Shown here: piece by piece, positions 33,748 through 46,843 of the stretch | How the letters are laid out: every line of letters starts with the position of its first letter | How positions within the stretch are numbered: position 1 is the first letter of the stretch | Assembly: GCF_039767735.1 (NCBI RefSeq) | Contig: NZ_JBDNBX010000053.1 | Origin: Nocardioides sp. | GTDB lineage: Bacteria; Actinomycetota; Actinomycetes; Propionibacteriales; Nocardioidaceae | Strand: one strand, 5' to 3' | DNA: 64,000 nt | The notes under the pieces: model-generated | What the model saw: only the letters and a program-made list of their open reading frames with translations | Told to the model about the DNA's origin: nothing | The model's database searches: none | Made by a program: the position numbers and the translations under genes

Positions 33748-35244
33748 TCAGCGACCCGCTTCCTCGGCCAGAGCGACGGTGGGTTCGTCGTCGGTGACAC
33801 CGACGTGGATCATCAGGTCGGCGACGTAGGGATTGCTCGTCTCCAGCAGCGGCTTCGGGAAGAAGCCGAAGAAGACCAGCGCGACCATCAGCGGCGCGAC
33901 CGCGGCGATCTCGCGCAGCGTGCCGTCCGGGGTCGCCTCGACCTCGGGCGGTGTCGGACCGGTCATGATGCGCTGGTACATCCACAGGACGTAGATCGCG
34001 GCCAGCACGATGCCCGTCACGGCGAGAGCACCGACCCACCAGCCGTAGTCGAAGGCGGCGAGCAGCACCAGGAACTCCGAGACGAACGGGCTCAGGCCCG
34101 GCAGGCCGAGCGTCGCCAGACCGGCGACGAGGAGCAGGCCGGCCAGGACCGGCGTGACCTTCTCGATGCCGCCCATCTCGGAGATGAGGGTGGTGCCGCG
34201 ACGCTTGATGAGGTAGCCGGCCACCAGGAAGAGCGCGGCGGTGCCGAGCCCGTGGTTGACCATGTAGAGGATCGCGCCGGAGCCACCCTGGCTGCTGAAG
34301 ACGAAGATGCCCAGGGTGATGAAGCCGAAGTGGCTCAGCGACGTCAGACCGATCAGGCGCAGGACGTCGTCCTGGCCGATCGCGACCAGCGCGCCGTAGA
34401 TGATCGAGATGACCGCGATGGTGACCACGACCGGGGTGGCCCACTGCGACGCCTCGGGGAAGATCCCGAGGCAGAAGCGCAGCATCCCGAAGGTGCCGAT
34501 CTTGTCGAGCACGCAGACCAGCAGCACGCTGGTGCCCGGGGTGGCCTTCTCGGTCGTGTCCGCCAGCCAGGTGTGCACCGGGAAGAGCGGCGCCTTGATC
34601 GCGAAGGCGATGAAGAACCCGAGGAAGAGCCAGCGGCCGGCCTCGGTGCCGATGTCGAGGGCCATCAGGTCCGAGAGCAGGTACGACGGCGCGCCCTGCT
34701 GCGAGGAGACGACGTAGAGGCCGATCACCGAGGCGAGCAGCACGAGCCCGCCGGCGAGCTGGAACATCAGGAACTTCTGCGCCGCTGCGGAGCGTCCGGC
34801 CTTGCCGAAGCCACCGACCAGGAAGTAGGCGGGGATCAGCGTGGCCTCGAAGACGACGTAGAAGAGGAACACGTCGGTGGCCAGGAAGACGGCCAGGGAC
34901 AGCGCCTCGAGAGCGAGCACCCAGCCGTAGAAGGCCTTGGGGTTCTCGTCGCCGGCGTCCCAGTCGGCGACCAGGACGATCGGCACGAGCACCACGGTCA
35001 GCAGCACCAGCAGCAGGCCGAGACCGTCGACGCCGAGCGCGTAGTGGACGCCGAACGCCTCGATCCACGAGACCTGCTCGGTCATCTGCATGCCGCCGTC
35101 GACGTCGTACATCACCGCGACGGCGATGCCGAGTCCGAGGGTGACCGCGGTGACGCCGAGGGCGATCACGCGGGCGTTGACCGCCGGCAGTGCGGCGATC
35201 ACGAGGGCCCCGACGAGGGGCACGAGGATGAGGGTGGTCAGCAT
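33748..35244 (-). CDS. nuoM: NADH-quinone oxidoreductase subunit M
   Basis: Antiporter-like subunit ([15 protein letters not shown]...). Its ATG shares one base with the nuoL stop. Confidence 0.85.
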   Translation of the reverse strand: MLTTLILVPLVGALVIAALPAVNARVIALGVTAVTLGLGIAVAVMYDVDGGMQMTEQVSWIEAFGVHYALGVDGLGLLLVLLTVVLVPIVLVADWDAGDENPKAFYGWVLALEALSLAVFLATDVFLFYVVFEATLIPAYFLVGGFGKAGRSAAAQKFLMFQLAGGLVLLASVIGLYVVSSQQGAPSYLLSDLMALDIGTEAGRWLFLGFFIAFAIKAPLFPVHTWLADTTEKATPGTSVLLVCVLDKIGTFGMLRFCLGIFPEASQWATPVVVTIAVISIIYGALVAIGQDDVLRLIGLTSLSHFGFITLGIFVFSSQGGSGAILYMVNHGLGTAALFLVAGYLIKRRGTTLISEMGGIEKVTPVLAGLLLVAGLATLGLPGLSPFVSEFLVLLAAFDYGWWVGALAVTGIVLAAIYVLWMYQRIMTGPTPPEVEATPDGTLREIAAVAPLMVALVFFGFFPKPLLETSNPYVADLMIHVGVTDDEPTVALAEEAGR

Positions 35245-37169
35245 CAGAAATTCACCGCCAGCATCGCGACGGCGACGATGAGGACGCCGACGAGCACGGA
35301 GAGTGCGTAGGAGCGGACATAGCCGGTCTGCACCTTGCGGAGCTGACCACCGATGGCGGCGATCGCGCCACCGCCGCCCATGAAGGCGCCGTCGGCACCG
35401 TGGCGGTCGAAGGCGAACAGCCCCGTCACCAGGCGGCGGCCCGGCTGGACCACCAGCCCGTCGTTGATCGCGTCGCCGTACAGGTCGGCACGAGCGGCCT
35501 TGACCACCAGCGAGACGTCGGTCGGCGGGGTGTCGGGCACGGGGCGGCGCTGGACCAGGACGATCGCCACCGCGACGCCGATGGCGACGACGAGGGTGAC
35601 CAGAGCGGTGATGGCCAGTGCCGGGATCGGCAGCTCGTGCTCGGGCTCGGGACCGGTGACCGGCTCCAGCCAGTGCACGATCCAGCCGTTGAGGAGCAGG
35701 AGGCCACCGAGGACCGAGAGAGCGGCCAGCACGATCAGCGGCACGGTCATCAGCGCCGGGGACTCGTGGGGGTGGACGTCCTTGCGCCACCGCTTCTCGG
35801 TGAAGAAGGTCATCACCATGAGGCGGGTCATGTAGAAGGCGGTGACGCCGGCCCCGATCATCGCGGCGATCCCGATCAGCCAGTTCTCGGCCAGGGCGGC
35901 CTCGATGATCTTGTCCTTCGACCAGAAGCCGGAGAAGCCCGGGAAGCCGATGATGGCCAGGTACCCCATCGCGAAGGTCAGGAAGGTGACCGGCAACGCC
36001 TTGTTGAGCACGCCGTAGTGACGCATGTCGACGTCGTCGTCCATCGCGTGCATGACCGAGCCCGCTCCCAGGAACATGTTGGCCTTGAAGAAGCCGTGGG
36101 TGATGAGGTGGAAGATCGCGAACGCGTAGCCGGCGGGGCCGAGGCCGGCGCCGAGCATCATGTAGCCGATCTGGCTCATCGTGGAGCCCGCCAGGGCCTT
36201 CTTGATGTCGTCCTTGGCACAACCGATGACCGCACCCCACAGGAGGGTGACGACGGCGACCACGATGACGCACGTCTGCGCGGTGGGGGCGTACTCGAAG
36301 ACGAAGTTGGAGCGGACGATCAGGTAGACACCCGCCGTGACCATGGTGGCGGCGTGGATGAGGGCGGAGACCGGGGTCGGGCCCTCCATCGCGTCGAGCA
36401 GCCAGGCCTGGAGCGGGACCTGGGCGGACTTGCCGCAGGCACCGACCAGCAGCAGGATCCCGAAGGCGGTCATGGTGCCCTCGGGCGCCTGGTCGGCCAG
36501 GGCGCTGATGCCGGCGAAGTCGGTGGTCCCGAAGGTGACGAAGGCCAGGAAGATGGCCGTGGCCATGCCCATGTCGCCGACCCGGTTGATCACGAAGGCC
36601 TTCTTGGCCGCCTTGGCGGCGGAGTCCTTGTGCTGCCAGAAGCCGATCAGCAGGTAGGAGGCCAGGCCGACGCCCTCCCAGCCGAGGAAGAGGCCCACGT
36701 AGTTGGCCGAGAGGATCAGGGTCAGCATCGCGGCGACGAAGAGGTTCAGGTAGCCGAAGAACCGGCGACGCCGGTGGTCGTGCTCCATGTAGGCGATGGA
36801 GTAGACGTGGATCAGCGAGCCCACACCGGTGATGAGCAGCAGGAAGAGCGCGGCCAACGGGTCGTAGAGCAGGTCGGCCCCGACGTCCAGGCCGCCGACC
36901 TGGATCCAGTCGTAGAGGTGCTGCCCGATCTGGCGCTCCTCCTCCTCGCGCCCGAGCAGCTGGACCAGCAGCACGACGGAGAGGATGAACGAGCCGATCG
37001 GCATCGCGGTGCCGAGCCAGTGGCCCCACCGGTCGGTGTAGCGGCCGCCGAGCAGCAGGATCGCGGCCCCCGCGAGCGGGAGGGCGATGATCAGCCACAG
37101 CAGCGAGAAGACGCCGTCGGCGCTTTCCGGAGCCACCACCGGGACGACCCCGGTCTCGAGTACGTACAT
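35244..37169 (-). CDS. nuoL: NADH-quinone oxidoreductase subunit L
   Basis: 641-aa antiporter-like subunit with the C-terminal lateral-helix region; position in the operon. Confidence 0.85.
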   Translation of the reverse strand: MYVLETGVVPVVAPESADGVFSLLWLIIALPLAGAAILLLGGRYTDRWGHWLGTAMPIGSFILSVVLLVQLLGREEEERQIGQHLYDWIQVGGLDVGADLLYDPLAALFLLLITGVGSLIHVYSIAYMEHDHRRRRFFGYLNLFVAAMLTLILSANYVGLFLGWEGVGLASYLLIGFWQHKDSAAKAAKKAFVINRVGDMGMATAIFLAFVTFGTTDFAGISALADQAPEGTMTAFGILLLVGACGKSAQVPLQAWLLDAMEGPTPVSALIHAATMVTAGVYLIVRSNFVFEYAPTAQTCVIVVAVVTLLWGAVIGCAKDDIKKALAGSTMSQIGYMMLGAGLGPAGYAFAIFHLITHGFFKANMFLGAGSVMHAMDDDVDMRHYGVLNKALPVTFLTFAMGYLAIIGFPGFSGFWSKDKIIEAALAENWLIGIAAMIGAGVTAFYMTRLMVMTFFTEKRWRKDVHPHESPALMTVPLIVLAALSVLGGLLLLNGWIVHWLEPVTGPEPEHELPIPALAITALVTLVVAIGVAVAIVLVQRRPVPDTPPTDVSLVVKAARADLYGDAINDGLVVQPGRRLVTGLFAFDRHGADGAFMGGGGAIAAIGGQLRKVQTGYVRSYALSVLVGVLIVAVAMLAVNF

Positions 37170-37182
37170 CAGGCGCTCTACC

Positions 37183-37476
37183 TCAGAACTTCAACAGGCT
37201 GGCGTCGTCGACCGAGGCCGAGCGTCGCGTGCGGAAGATGGTCATGATGATCGCCAGCCCCACGACGACCTCGGCCGCGGCCACGACCATGACGAAGAAG
37301 GCCGCGACCTGCCCCTCGAGGTTGCCGTTCTGCTTGGCGAAGGCGACCAGGGCCAGGTTGGAGGCGTTGAGCATCAGCTCGACGCACATGAACACCACGA
37401 TGGCGTTGCGACGCACGAGCACGCCGATCGACCCGATGGTGAAGAGGATGGCGGACAGCACGATGTACTCGGTCAC
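37183..37476 (-). CDS. nuoK: NADH-quinone oxidoreductase subunit K
   Basis: 97-aa three-TM protein [42 protein letters not shown]. The GTG overlaps the nuoJ stop (GTGA). Confidence 0.9.
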   Translation of the reverse strand: MTEYIVLSAILFTIGSIGVLVRRNAIVVFMCVELMLNASNLALVAFAKQNGNLEGQVAAFFVMVVAAAEVVVGLAIIMTIFRTRRSASVDDASLLKF

Positions 37477-38249
37477 TGGTCGGCCTCCCGTCCGTGCTCG
37501 TCGAGGCCGAGCTGCCTCTTGAGCTCCTCGATGTCGTCGGCCATCGCGGGCGCCGACCGGACCGTGCCGCGCGCCGAGAGGACCCGGGAGATCGAGTCCT
37601 CCGCCGCGGTCCCGTCGGGCAACAGGGCCGGGGTGTCGACCGCGTTGTGCCGGGCGTAGACGCCGGGCGCCGGGAGCGGGCCGAGGTGGGTGCCCTTCTC
37701 GGCGTAGTCGCGCACCCGCTTGGCTGCGAGATCGGCCTGGCTGGGCAGCGGGGTCAGCCGTTCCCGGTGGGCCAGCACCATGGCCCCCACGGCCGCGGTG
37801 ATCAGGAGCGCGCTGGTGACCTCGAAGGCGAAGACGTAGCGGGAGAAGATGATGTTGGCCAGGGCCTCGATGTTGCCGCCGGCGTTGGCCTCGTCGAGGC
37901 CGGTCGCGGTGCCGAGGGTCAGCTGTCCCAGACCGACGACCAGGACCAGCCCGACGAGCAGACCGGTGGCCAGTGCCATCACGCGCTGACCCTTGATCGT
38001 CTCGACGATGGAGTCGGAGGCATCGACACCGACCAGCATCACGACGAAGAGGAACAGCATCAGGATCGCGCCGGTGTAGACGATGATCTGCACCGCGAAG
38101 AGGAACGGCGCGTCGAGAGCGGCGTACTGGATCGCGATCGAGATCATCACCACCGCCAGCATCAGGGCCGCGTGCACCGCCTTGCGGACCACGAGCAGGC
38201 CGAGCGCCGCGAGCACCATGATCGGCGCCAGGCTCCAGAAGGCGATCAT
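37473..38249 (-). CDS. nuoJ: NADH-quinone oxidoreductase subunit J (with a long hydrophilic C-terminal tail)
   Basis: [35 protein letters not shown]... and its position in the operon. The ATG overlaps the nuoI stop (ATGA). Confidence 0.85.
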   Translation of the reverse strand: MIAFWSLAPIMVLAALGLLVVRKAVHAALMLAVVMISIAIQYAALDAPFLFAVQIIVYTGAILMLFLFVVMLVGVDASDSIVETIKGQRVMALATGLLVGLVLVVGLGQLTLGTATGLDEANAGGNIEALANIIFSRYVFAFEVTSALLITAAVGAMVLAHRERLTPLPSQADLAAKRVRDYAEKGTHLGPLPAPGVYARHNAVDTPALLPDGTAAEDSISRVLSARGTVRSAPAMADDIEELKRQLGLDEHGREADQ

Positions 38250-38821
38250 GCGGTGCCTCCCTGGTCCTCTGCGACGCTCGGGGCCGGGGCAGCGTAGGTG
38301 TTGCGGTAGTAGGCACCCTCGTCGTCGCCCAGGCGCATCGGGTGGGGCGGCTGCTCCATGCCGGGCAGCAACGGCGCGAGCAGGTCCGACTTCTCGTAGA
38401 TGAGGTCCGCTCGGTTGTTGTCGGCCAGCTCGTACTCGTTGGTCATCGTCAACGCGCGCGTCGGGCAGGCCTCGATGCACAGCCCGCACAGGATGCAGCG
38501 CAGGTAGTTGATCTGGTAGACGCGGCCGTAGCGCTCCCCGGGGCTGTAGCGCTCGCCGTCGGGGGCGTCGGAGTTGCTGTCGCCCTCGACGTAGATCGCG
38601 TCCGCCGGGCACGCCCAGGCGCACAGCTCGCAGCCCACGCACTTCTCCAGGCCGTCGGGCCAGCGGTTCAGCTGGTGTCGGCCGTGGAAGCGCGGTGCGG
38701 TGGCGAACTTCTCGTCGGGGTACTGCTCGGTGACGACCTTCTTGAACATCGTCCGGAACGTCACCCCGAACCCGGCGACGGGGTCGATGAACTGCTCCTT
38801 GAAGCTCTTGGGCTCAGCCAT
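38246..38821 (-). CDS. nuoI: NADH-quinone oxidoreductase subunit I
   Basis: Two 4Fe-4S ferredoxin motifs, [12 protein letters not shown] and [12 protein letters not shown]. Confidence 0.9.
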   Translation of the reverse strand: MAEPKSFKEQFIDPVAGFGVTFRTMFKKVVTEQYPDEKFATAPRFHGRHQLNRWPDGLEKCVGCELCAWACPADAIYVEGDSNSDAPDGERYSPGERYGRVYQINYLRCILCGLCIEACPTRALTMTNEYELADNNRADLIYEKSDLLAPLLPGMEQPPHPMRLGDDEGAYYRNTYAAPAPSVAEDQGGTA

Positions 38822-40122
38822 CAGGCGTCCTCTCCTGGCACGGTGGACATGGGGGTCGATCGCTCGAAGGAGATCGGCTCGGCCGAGCCCCGGACAGCGC
38901 CTCCGACGGGCATCGGCGGGGTCGGGTAGGCACCCGGCAGGTCGGCTGCCGCGTCGCCGCCGATGGGTCGGGTCTCGTCCTCGGTCTCGCCGTCGCCGCC
39001 GAGGAAGAAGAGCAGGAGGAAGGCCACGAGCACGACCCCGATGATGATCGGCAGATTGTCGCCCTCGAACCAGCCCTCGGTGCGGGCGACTCGGAGCGTG
39101 GCCACCGCGACGATCCACGCCAGCGAGATCGGGATGAGGTACTTCCAGCCCAGCTTCATGAACTGGTCGTAGCGCATCCGCGGCAGGGAGCCGCGCAGCC
39201 AGATGAAGAAGAAGATGAAGGTGAGCATCTTGCCGAAGAACCAGATCACCGGGACGTAGCCCTCGTTGGCGCCGGCCCAGAGCTCGTCGATCCAGAACGG
39301 GGCGGACCAGCCGCCGAGGAACAGCGTCGTGGCCAGCGCCGAGACGGTCGCCATGTTGATGTACTCGGCGAGGAAGAACAGCGCGAACTTGATCGAGGAG
39401 TACTCGGTGTGGAAGCCGCCGACCAGCTCGCCCTCGGCCTCGGGGAGGTCGAAGGGCGCCCGGTTGACCTCACCGACCATCGAGATGATGTAGATGACGA
39501 AGGACGGCAGCAGGATCAGGCCGAACCACAGGTCGTCCTGGGCGGCGACGATCTCCGAGGTCGACAGCGACCCGGCATAGAGGAAGACCGCGACCAGGGC
39601 CAGACCCATCGCGACCTCGTAGGAGATCATCTGCGCGCTCGAGCGCAGGCCGCCGAGCAGGGAGTACGTCGACCCGCTCGACCAGCCGCCGAGCACGATG
39701 CCGTAGATGCCGATCGAGGCGACCGCCATCACGAACAGCACCGCGACCGGCATGTCGGTCAGCTGCAGCTGGGTGCGGGTGTCGGTGAACGGGATCGTGA
39801 CCTCGGGGCCGAACGGGATCACCGAGAAGGTCACGAATGCCGGGATCACCGCGATGATCGGCGCCAGCACGAAGACCGCCTTGTCGGCCGCCTTCGGGGT
39901 GAGGTCCTCCTTGAACATCAGCTTGGCGCCGTCGGCGAGCGACTGCAGCAGGCCGAACGGACCGTTGCGGTTGGGCCCGATGCGGTGCTGCATCCGCGCC
40001 ACGACGCGGCGTTCCCACCAGATGTTGAAGAGCGTGAGCAGGACCAGGATCACGAAGATCAGGGCTGCCTTGAGCAGGATGACCCAGAACGGGTCGTTGC
40101 CGAAGCCTGCGACGGAGTCCAT
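38821..40122 (-). CDS. nuoH: NADH-quinone oxidoreductase subunit H (with an acidic/Pro-rich C-terminal extension)
   Basis: [29 protein letters not shown] is the NuoH/ND1 signature. ATG at 40122 shares one base with the nuoG stop. Confidence 0.9.
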   Translation of the reverse strand: MDSVAGFGNDPFWVILLKAALIFVILVLLTLFNIWWERRVVARMQHRIGPNRNGPFGLLQSLADGAKLMFKEDLTPKAADKAVFVLAPIIAVIPAFVTFSVIPFGPEVTIPFTDTRTQLQLTDMPVAVLFVMAVASIGIYGIVLGGWSSGSTYSLLGGLRSSAQMISYEVAMGLALVAVFLYAGSLSTSEIVAAQDDLWFGLILLPSFVIYIISMVGEVNRAPFDLPEAEGELVGGFHTEYSSIKFALFFLAEYINMATVSALATTLFLGGWSAPFWIDELWAGANEGYVPVIWFFGKMLTFIFFFIWLRGSLPRMRYDQFMKLGWKYLIPISLAWIVAVATLRVARTEGWFEGDNLPIIIGVVLVAFLLLFFLGGDGETEDETRPIGGDAAADLPGAYPTPPMPVGGAVRGSAEPISFERSTPMSTVPGEDA

Positions 40123-42572
40123 CAGGCATCCCCTCCGGTGATCGTGACACGTGCACCCGGCGGCGCCAGGTCGGTCAGCAGGCCCAGCCCGCTGGAGTTG
40201 GTGGGCACCCACACGACGCCGTCGACGAGGTCGTCGACGGGCTCGGCCGGCAGCGTGACGGAGCCCCGCTCGCCGGTCAGGGTGACGGTCGGACCGACGG
40301 CGTCGTACACCGCGCGGCTGACCTTGGCCACCGCCGGGCGGGCGGTGGCTGCCAGGTGCTTGTCACCCGCCTGCATCGTGCCCTGGTCGAGCAGCTGCTT
40401 CCAGGTCGAGAGCACCAGTCCCCCGGCCGGGTCGCCGAGGTGGTCCTTCTGCGCCGCCGCGACCGGGGTCATCGTGGCGCGGGCGCCGTCCCAGGGACCG
40501 ATGTCCTCCATCTGCGACCAGACCTCCGCGACGGTGCGGAAGCCCAGCGTGGTGCCGAGCTCCTCGGCGATGCCGGCGAGGACGCGCAGGTCGGGCAGCG
40601 AGGAGGGGCTGCCGAGCACGGCCTCGAACGGGCGCGGGCGACCCTCCCAGTTGACGTAGGTCCCGGCCTTGTCGACGACCGGCGCGACGGGGAAGACCAC
40701 GTCGGCGGCGCGGGTGACGTCGCTGGCGCGGACGTCGAGGGCCACCACGAACCGGGCGCGCTCGATGGCGTCGCGGGTCGCGGCGGGGTCGGCGGTGTCG
40801 GCGGGGTCGACCCCGCCGATCACCAGGCCGGCAAGCTCTCCGGCGCCGAGCGCGGCCACGATGGCGTTGCCGTCGCGGCCGGCCTTCTCGGGCAGCGAGT
40901 CGACGCCCCAGGCGGTGGCGGCGTCGACACGGGCCTGCGGGTCGGCGACCGGACGGCCACCGGGCAGGAGGGTCGGCAGGCAGCCCGTCTCGAGGGCTCC
41001 TCGGTCGCCGGCCCGGCGCGGCACCCAGGCCACCTTGGCCCCCGACTTGGCCACGAGGTCGGCCACGGCGCTGAAGCCACCGGGGACCGTCGCCAGACGC
41101 TCGCCGACGAGGATGACGGAGGTGGCGTCGAGGCCGTGCTCGGCGTGAGCGAGCAGCGAGGCGACGGCGGCGGGCTCGTCACCGGGCGCGGTGGGGATCA
41201 GGGTGCCGTGCATCTTGCTCAGCCCACGCGTGGTGAAGGGCGCGATCGCCAGGACGCGGGTGCCGCTGTGCAGGGCCGCCTTCCGCAGGCGCAGGAAGAT
41301 GGCGCCGGCCTCGTCCTCGGGCTCGAAGCCGACCAGCACGACGGTGGCGGCGCTCTCGAGGTCGCCGTACGTCACGCTGCCGCCGTCCGGTCCCTCGGGA
41401 CCGGTGGCCACGACGTGGGCTGCCAGGAAGTCGGCCTCCTCGGCGGAGTGGGGGCGGGCCCGGAAGTCGATGTCGTTGGTGCCGAGGGCGACGCGCGCGA
41501 ACTTGGAGTAGGCGTAGGCGTCCTCACCGGTCAGGCGTCCACCGGTGAGCACCCCCACTCCCCCGGCGGCGCGGGCGTCCGCCAGGCCGCGGGCCGCGAC
41601 CGAGAACGCCTCGGGCCACGAGGCGGGTCGCAGCTCACCGTCCTCGTCGCGGACCTGGGGATACGTCAGGCGGTCGGTCTCGGTGGCGTAGGTGAAGGCG
41701 AAGCGGTCCTTGTCGGTGATCCACTCCTCGTTGACCTCGGGGTCGTTGCCCGCGAGGCGACGCATGACCTTGCCGCGCCGGTGGTCGACCCGGATCGCCG
41801 AGCCGCACGCGTCGTGCTCGGCGACGGCGGGGCTGCTGACCAGGTCGAAGGGGCGCGAGCGGAACCGGTAGGACTCCGAGGTCAGCGCTCCGACGGGGCA
41901 GATCTGGATCGTGTTGCCGGCGAAGTAGGAGAGGAACGGAGCGTTCTCGGCGATGCCGATCTGCTGCTGGGCGCCACGCTCGACCAGGGCGATGAACGGG
42001 TCACCCGGGATCTCCTCGGCGAAGCGGGTGCAGCGCTGGCACACGATGCACCGCTCGCGGTCGAGCAGCACCTGCGGGGAGAGGTTGATCGGCTTGGGGA
42101 AGGTGCGCTTGACGCCGCCCGAGCCCGAGCCCACGAAGCGGGACTCGCCGCGGCCGTTGCTCATCGCCTGGTTCTGCAGGGGGCACTCGCCACCCTTGTC
42201 ACACACCGGGCAGTCGAGCGGGTGGTTGATCAGCAGGAACTCCATCACGCCCTGCTGGGCCTTGTCGGCGGACTCGCTCGTGGCCTGGGTGTTGACCACC
42301 ATGCCGTCGGCGACGGGCAGGGTGCAGGAGGCCTGCGGCTTGGGGAAGCCGCGACCGTTGCCCGCGTCGGGCACCTCGACGAGGCACTGCCGACAGGCTC
42401 CGGCCGGAGCGAGCAGCGGGTGGTCGCAGAACCGCGGGATCTGGACGCCGATCTGCTCGGCGGCCCGGATCACCAGCGTCTCCTTGGGGACGTCGACCTG
42501 GACACCGTCGATGGTGACGCTGACGGTCTCGACGGCGCCCTGGGTGCCGGCCTTCTCGGGGGTGGTCGTCAT
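40122..42572 (-). CDS. nuoG: NADH-quinone oxidoreductase subunit G
   Basis: N-terminal 2Fe-2S/4Fe-4S cysteine clusters ([21 protein letters not shown]; [17 protein letters not shown]; [10 protein letters not shown]) followed by a molybdopterin-like domain. Confidence 0.9.
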   Translation of the reverse strand: MTTTPEKAGTQGAVETVSVTIDGVQVDVPKETLVIRAAEQIGVQIPRFCDHPLLAPAGACRQCLVEVPDAGNGRGFPKPQASCTLPVADGMVVNTQATSESADKAQQGVMEFLLINHPLDCPVCDKGGECPLQNQAMSNGRGESRFVGSGSGGVKRTFPKPINLSPQVLLDRERCIVCQRCTRFAEEIPGDPFIALVERGAQQQIGIAENAPFLSYFAGNTIQICPVGALTSESYRFRSRPFDLVSSPAVAEHDACGSAIRVDHRRGKVMRRLAGNDPEVNEEWITDKDRFAFTYATETDRLTYPQVRDEDGELRPASWPEAFSVAARGLADARAAGGVGVLTGGRLTGEDAYAYSKFARVALGTNDIDFRARPHSAEEADFLAAHVVATGPEGPDGGSVTYGDLESAATVVLVGFEPEDEAGAIFLRLRKAALHSGTRVLAIAPFTTRGLSKMHGTLIPTAPGDEPAAVASLLAHAEHGLDATSVILVGERLATVPGGFSAVADLVAKSGAKVAWVPRRAGDRGALETGCLPTLLPGGRPVADPQARVDAATAWGVDSLPEKAGRDGNAIVAALGAGELAGLVIGGVDPADTADPAATRDAIERARFVVALDVRASDVTRAADVVFPVAPVVDKAGTYVNWEGRPRPFEAVLGSPSSLPDLRVLAGIAEELGTTLGFRTVAEVWSQMEDIGPWDGARATMTPVAAAQKDHLGDPAGGLVLSTWKQLLDQGTMQAGDKHLAATARPAVAKVSRAVYDAVGPTVTLTGERGSVTLPAEPVDDLVDGVVWVPTNSSGLGLLTDLAPPGARVTITGGDA

Positions 42573-42579
42573 GTTCGTG

Positions 42580-43902
42580 TCACGCTCCGGAGCGGGTGAG
42601 GGACGAGCCCCACACGGTCGAGGCGGCGGGGTCGAGGGGACACCCGCCGTGGGTGAGGTGGGCGACGTACTCGTCTCGGAAGTACTGGATGGAGCTGGAG
42701 ATCGGGCTGGTCGCGCCGTCGCCGAGGGCGCAGAAGGAGCGGCCCAGGATGTTCTCGCACTGGTCGAGCAGCAGGTCGAGGTCCGCCTCGGAGCCCTCGC
42801 CCCGCTCGATCGCCGCCAGGGTCTGCACCAGCCACCACGTGCCCTCGCGGCACGGCGTGCACTTGCCGCAGGACTCGTGCTTGTAGAACTCCGTCCAGCG
42901 CAGGACCGCTCGGACCACGCAGGTGGTCTCGTCGAAGAGCTGGATGGCGCGGGTCCCGAGCATGGTGCCGGCGCCGGCCATGCCCTCGAAGTCGAGCGGC
43001 AGGTCGAGGTGCTCGTCGGTCAGCAGCGGGGTGCTGGAGCCGCCGGGGGTCCAGAACTTCAGCCGGTGGCCCTCCCGCATCCCGCCGGAGAGGTCGATCA
43101 GCTCGCGCAGCGTGATGCCGAGGGGTGCTTCGTACTGACCCGGGCGGGTGACGTGGCCCGAGAGCGAGAAGATGCCGTAGCCCTTCGACTTCTCGGTGCC
43201 CATCGAGGAGAACCACTCGGCCCCGTGCTCGATGATGCTGGGCACCGAGGCGATCGACTCCACGTTGTTGATCACCGTGGGGCTGGCGTACAGCCCGGCG
43301 ACGGCGGGGAACGGCGGGCGCAGGCGCGGTTGCCCGCGGCGGCCCTCCAGACCCTCGAGCAGCGCGGTCTCCTCGCCACAGATGTAGGCGCCTGCTCCGG
43401 CGTGGACCACGACGTCGAGGTCGTAGCCCGAGCCGTGGATGTTCTTGCCGAGGTGACCGGCGGCGTAGGCCTCGGCGACCGCCGCCTGGACGCGGCGGAT
43501 GACGTGCAGGATCTCCCCGCGGATGTAGATGAAGGCGGTGTTGGCCCGGATCGCGAACGACGAGATGATCACGCCCTCCACCAGGACGTGGGGCGAGGCC
43601 ATCATGAGCGGGGTGTCCTTGCAGGTGCCCGGCTCGGACTCGTCGGCGTTGACGACGAGGTACTTCGGCTTCGGGTTGTCCTGCGGGATGAAGGACCACT
43701 TCATCCCGGTCGGGAAGCCGGCTCCTCCGCGCCCGCGCAGGCCGGAGTCCTTCACGGCCGCGATGATGTCGTCCTGCGCCATCGTCAGCGCCTTCTTGAG
43801 CGAGGCGTAGCCGCCTCGGGACTCGTAGACCGGGAGCGTCCAGCTGCGGTCGGTGCCCCAGTCCTTGGTGAGGACGGGAGTGAGGGTGTTGACGTCACTC
43901 AT
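42580..43902 (-). CDS. nuoF: NADH-quinone oxidoreductase subunit F
   Basis: FMN/NADH-site motifs [18 protein letters not shown] and [15 protein letters not shown] at 43902 overlaps nuoE by 8 nt. Confidence 0.9.
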   Translation of the reverse strand: MSDVNTLTPVLTKDWGTDRSWTLPVYESRGGYASLKKALTMAQDDIIAAVKDSGLRGRGGAGFPTGMKWSFIPQDNPKPKYLVVNADESEPGTCKDTPLMMASPHVLVEGVIISSFAIRANTAFIYIRGEILHVIRRVQAAVAEAYAAGHLGKNIHGSGYDLDVVVHAGAGAYICGEETALLEGLEGRRGQPRLRPPFPAVAGLYASPTVINNVESIASVPSIIEHGAEWFSSMGTEKSKGYGIFSLSGHVTRPGQYEAPLGITLRELIDLSGGMREGHRLKFWTPGGSSTPLLTDEHLDLPLDFEGMAGAGTMLGTRAIQLFDETTCVVRAVLRWTEFYKHESCGKCTPCREGTWWLVQTLAAIERGEGSEADLDLLLDQCENILGRSFCALGDGATSPISSSIQYFRDEYVAHLTHGGCPLDPAASTVWGSSLTRSGA

Positions 43903-44656
43903 CGGCTGCCTCCTGCTGCTTGGTCTCGGTCTCGGCACGAGCGGTGTCCGCCTCCTCGGCAGCACCCTCCGCCGTGGTCGGCTCGGTGCCGGTCTCGCCC
44001 GATGCGTCGGCGCTGGGCGCCGTCCAGCCGCGGTCCTCGGCGATGCGCAGGCCCAGCAGCGACGCCTCGCCCGCGGCCGGTCCCTCGTCGACCCGGCCGT
44101 CGGGGAACCCGGCGAGCACGCGCTCGGCCTCACGCCAGGTGCAGATCCGCGGGCCTCGCGTGGAGGTGACCTCCTTGCCGGCCCGCAGGTCGTCGACCAC
44201 CGTGACCGCCGAGTCCGGGGTCTGGTTGTCCATGAACTCCCAGTTGACCATCATCACCGGGGCGTAGTCGCAGGCGGCGTTGCACTCCAGGTGCTCGAGG
44301 GTGATCGACTTCTTCCCCGGCGCCTCCTCGGTGGTCTCGTCGTTGCCGACGTCGAGGTGGTCCTTGAGCCTGGCGAAGATCTCGTCGCCACCCATCACGG
44401 CACAGAGCGTGTTGGTGCACACCCCCACGTGGTAGTCCCCGACGGGCTTGCGCTTGTACATCGTGTAGAACGTCGCCACGCCGCTCACCTCGGCCGGGCT
44501 GATCTCGAGGATCTCGGCGCAGGTCTCGATCCCCTCGGGCGTGACCCTGCCCTCCACGGACTGCACGAGGTGCAGCATCGGGAGCAGCCCCGAACGCTTC
44601 TCGGGGTAGCGGGCCGCGATCTGCTCGAGCTCGGCGACGGTCGTTTCAGGCAGCAT
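43895..44656 (-). CDS. nuoE: NADH-quinone oxidoreductase subunit E (with an acidic C-terminal tail)
   Basis: 2Fe-2S thioredoxin-like motifs VGVCTNTLCAVMG and CNAACDYAPVMMVN. Confidence 0.9.
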   Translation of the reverse strand: MLPETTVAELEQIAARYPEKRSGLLPMLHLVQSVEGRVTPEGIETCAEILEISPAEVSGVATFYTMYKRKPVGDYHVGVCTNTLCAVMGGDEIFARLKDHLDVGNDETTEEAPGKKSITLEHLECNAACDYAPVMMVNWEFMDNQTPDSAVTVVDDLRAGKEVTSTRGPRICTWREAERVLAGFPDGRVDEGPAAGEASLLGLRIAEDRGWTAPSADASGETGTEPTTAEGAAEEADTARAETETKQQEAADE

Positions 44657-44719
44657 CGGCGACAGCCTTCCGGGGTCTGTGCGGCGTTGTCCGCGAAGGA
44701 GCGGAGCGGCGGGTGGTGA

Positions 44720-46063
44720 TCATCGGTCGACTCCCCCCATGACGGGGTCGATGGAGGCGATCGCGACGATGACGTCGGCCACCTGGCCGCCCTCGCTCAT
44801 CACGCTGGTCGCCTGCAGGTTGGTGAAGGACGGGTCACGGAAGTGAGTCCGGAAGGGGCGCGTGCCCCCGTCGGAGACGACGTGGGCGCCGAGCTCGCCG
44901 CGAGGCGACTCGATCGGCACGTAGGCCTGCCCCGGGGGGACCCGGAAGCCCTCGGTGACCAGCTTGAAGTGGTGGATCAGTCCCTCCATCGACTCCCCCA
45001 TGATGTGGCGGATGTGGTCGAGGGAGTTGCCCATTCCGTCGCTGCCGATGGCCAGCTGGCTGGGCCAGGCGACCTTCTTGTCGGCCACCATCACCGGCGC
45101 GCCCTCGAGGCCGGCCAGCCGGTCGGCGGCCTGCTCGATGATCCGCAGCGACTCCCACATCTCGTTGAGCCGGACCCGGAAGCGGCCGTAGGAGTCGGAG
45201 GTGTCCCAGGTCTGGACGTCGAAGTCGTAGTCCTCGTAGCCGCAGTACGGCTCGGTCTTGCGCAGGTCCCAGGGGTAGCCGGTCGAGCGGACCACCGGTC
45301 CGGTGAGACCGAGCGCGAGGCACCCGGCGAGGTCGAGGTGGCCCACCCCCTCGAGGCGGCCCTTGAAGATCGGGTTGGCGTTGCAGAGCGCGGCGTACTC
45401 CGGCAGGCGCTTCTTCATCAGGGCGATGAAGGCGCGGATCTCGTCCAGCGCTCCGACCGGGAGGTCCTGGGCGACCCCACCGGGGCGGATGAACGCGTGG
45501 TTCATCCGCAGACCGGTGATCAGCTCGAAGAGGTCGAGGACCAGCTCGCGCTCGCGGAAGCCGATCGTCATCACGGTCAGCGCGCCGATCTCCATGCCAC
45601 CGGTGGCGATGCAGACCAGGTGCGAGGAGAGGCGGTTGAGCTCCATCAGGAGCACCCGCATCACGTTGGCCTTCTCCGGGATGTCGTCCTCGATGTCGAG
45701 GAGCCGCTCCACGCCGAGGCAGTAGGTCGCCTCGTTGAAGAACGGGGAGAGGTAGTCCATCCGGGTCACGAAGGTGGTGCCCTGCACCCAGGACCGGAAC
45801 TCCATGTTCTTCTCGATGCCGGTGTGCAGGTAGCCGATGCCGCAGCGGGCCTCGGTGACGGTCTCGCCGTCGATCTCGAGGATCAGGCGGAGCACCCCGT
45901 GCGTCGAGGGGTGCTGCGGGCCCATGTTGACCACGACCCGCTCCTCGACGCCGTCGGCGCCCGAGAGGCCCTCCACGATGTCGTCCCAGTCGCGGCCGCT
46001 GACGGTGAAGACCTTGCCGTCGGTGGTCTCGGTGCTGCCGGCGTAGATGTCCTCGGTGGTCAT
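44720..46063 (-). CDS. nuoD: NADH-quinone oxidoreductase subunit D
   Basis: [15 protein letters not shown] and a C-terminus ending DPVMGGVDR, which are classic NuoD/49-kDa signatures. Confidence 0.9.
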   Translation of the reverse strand: MTTEDIYAGSTETTDGKVFTVSGRDWDDIVEGLSGADGVEERVVVNMGPQHPSTHGVLRLILEIDGETVTEARCGIGYLHTGIEKNMEFRSWVQGTTFVTRMDYLSPFFNEATYCLGVERLLDIEDDIPEKANVMRVLLMELNRLSSHLVCIATGGMEIGALTVMTIGFRERELVLDLFELITGLRMNHAFIRPGGVAQDLPVGALDEIRAFIALMKKRLPEYAALCNANPIFKGRLEGVGHLDLAGCLALGLTGPVVRSTGYPWDLRKTEPYCGYEDYDFDVQTWDTSDSYGRFRVRLNEMWESLRIIEQAADRLAGLEGAPVMVADKKVAWPSQLAIGSDGMGNSLDHIRHIMGESMEGLIHHFKLVTEGFRVPPGQAYVPIESPRGELGAHVVSDGGTRPFRTHFRDPSFTNLQATSVMSEGGQVADVIVAIASIDPVMGGVDR

Positions 46064-46776
46064 GAGTAGCTCCTGCGCTCGTCGGGCGGCGGGATGGTTC
46101 CACCCTTGTACTCGACGGGGATGCCGCCGAGCGGGTAGTCCTTGCGCTGCGGGTGACCGGGCCAGTCGTCCGGCATCAGGATCCGGGTCAGCGCGGGGTG
46201 ACCGTCGAAGACGATGCCGAACATGTCGTAGGTCTCGCGCTCGTGCCAGTCGTTGGTCGGGTACGTCGCGATCGTCGACGGCAGGTGGGGGTCGGAGTCC
46301 GGCACCGACACCTCGACCCGGATCCGGCGGTTGTGGGTCATCGAGAGCAGGTGGTAGACCGCGTGCAGCTCGGCGCCGGTGTCCTCGGGGTAGTGCACCC
46401 CGCTGACGCCCGTGCAGAGCTCGAAGCGGAGCTGGGGGTCGTCGCGCAGCAGCTTCATCACCGCCAGGAGGTCCTCACGGCGGACGTGGAAGGTGATCTC
46501 CTTGCGGTGGACCACCACGCTCCACGGTGCGGTGAAGGCCGGCTCGAGAGCGTCGGCGACCTCGTCGTACCAACCACCGAAGGGACGCTGGGCCGCACCG
46601 GGGAAGACGATCGGGGCGACGAGGCCACCGAAACCGCTGGTGTCGCCGGTGCCGCGGGCGCCGAACATGCCGGTGCGGGTGCCGACGGTCTTGACCTCGG
46701 GGTCGGTGGTCGCCGGGACCTGGGGGTCCTCGGGGCCGGACTGGTCGGGCCCGGTGGTCTTGTCCTCGTCGCTCAT
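46060..46776 (-). CDS. nuoC: NADH-quinone oxidoreductase subunit C
   Basis: [23 protein letters not shown] signature. The stop overlaps the nuoD start (ATGA). Confidence 0.9.
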   Translation of the reverse strand: MSDEDKTTGPDQSGPEDPQVPATTDPEVKTVGTRTGMFGARGTGDTSGFGGLVAPIVFPGAAQRPFGGWYDEVADALEPAFTAPWSVVVHRKEITFHVRREDLLAVMKLLRDDPQLRFELCTGVSGVHYPEDTGAELHAVYHLLSMTHNRRIRVEVSVPDSDPHLPSTIATYPTNDWHERETYDMFGIVFDGHPALTRILMPDDWPGHPQRKDYPLGGIPVEYKGGTIPPPDERRSYS

Positions 46777-46843
46777 CGCGGTCCCCTCACGATGGTCGGG
46801 CGGAGGAGCGAAGCGGGGGAGGTCGAGAATCGGGTGGGGTGGT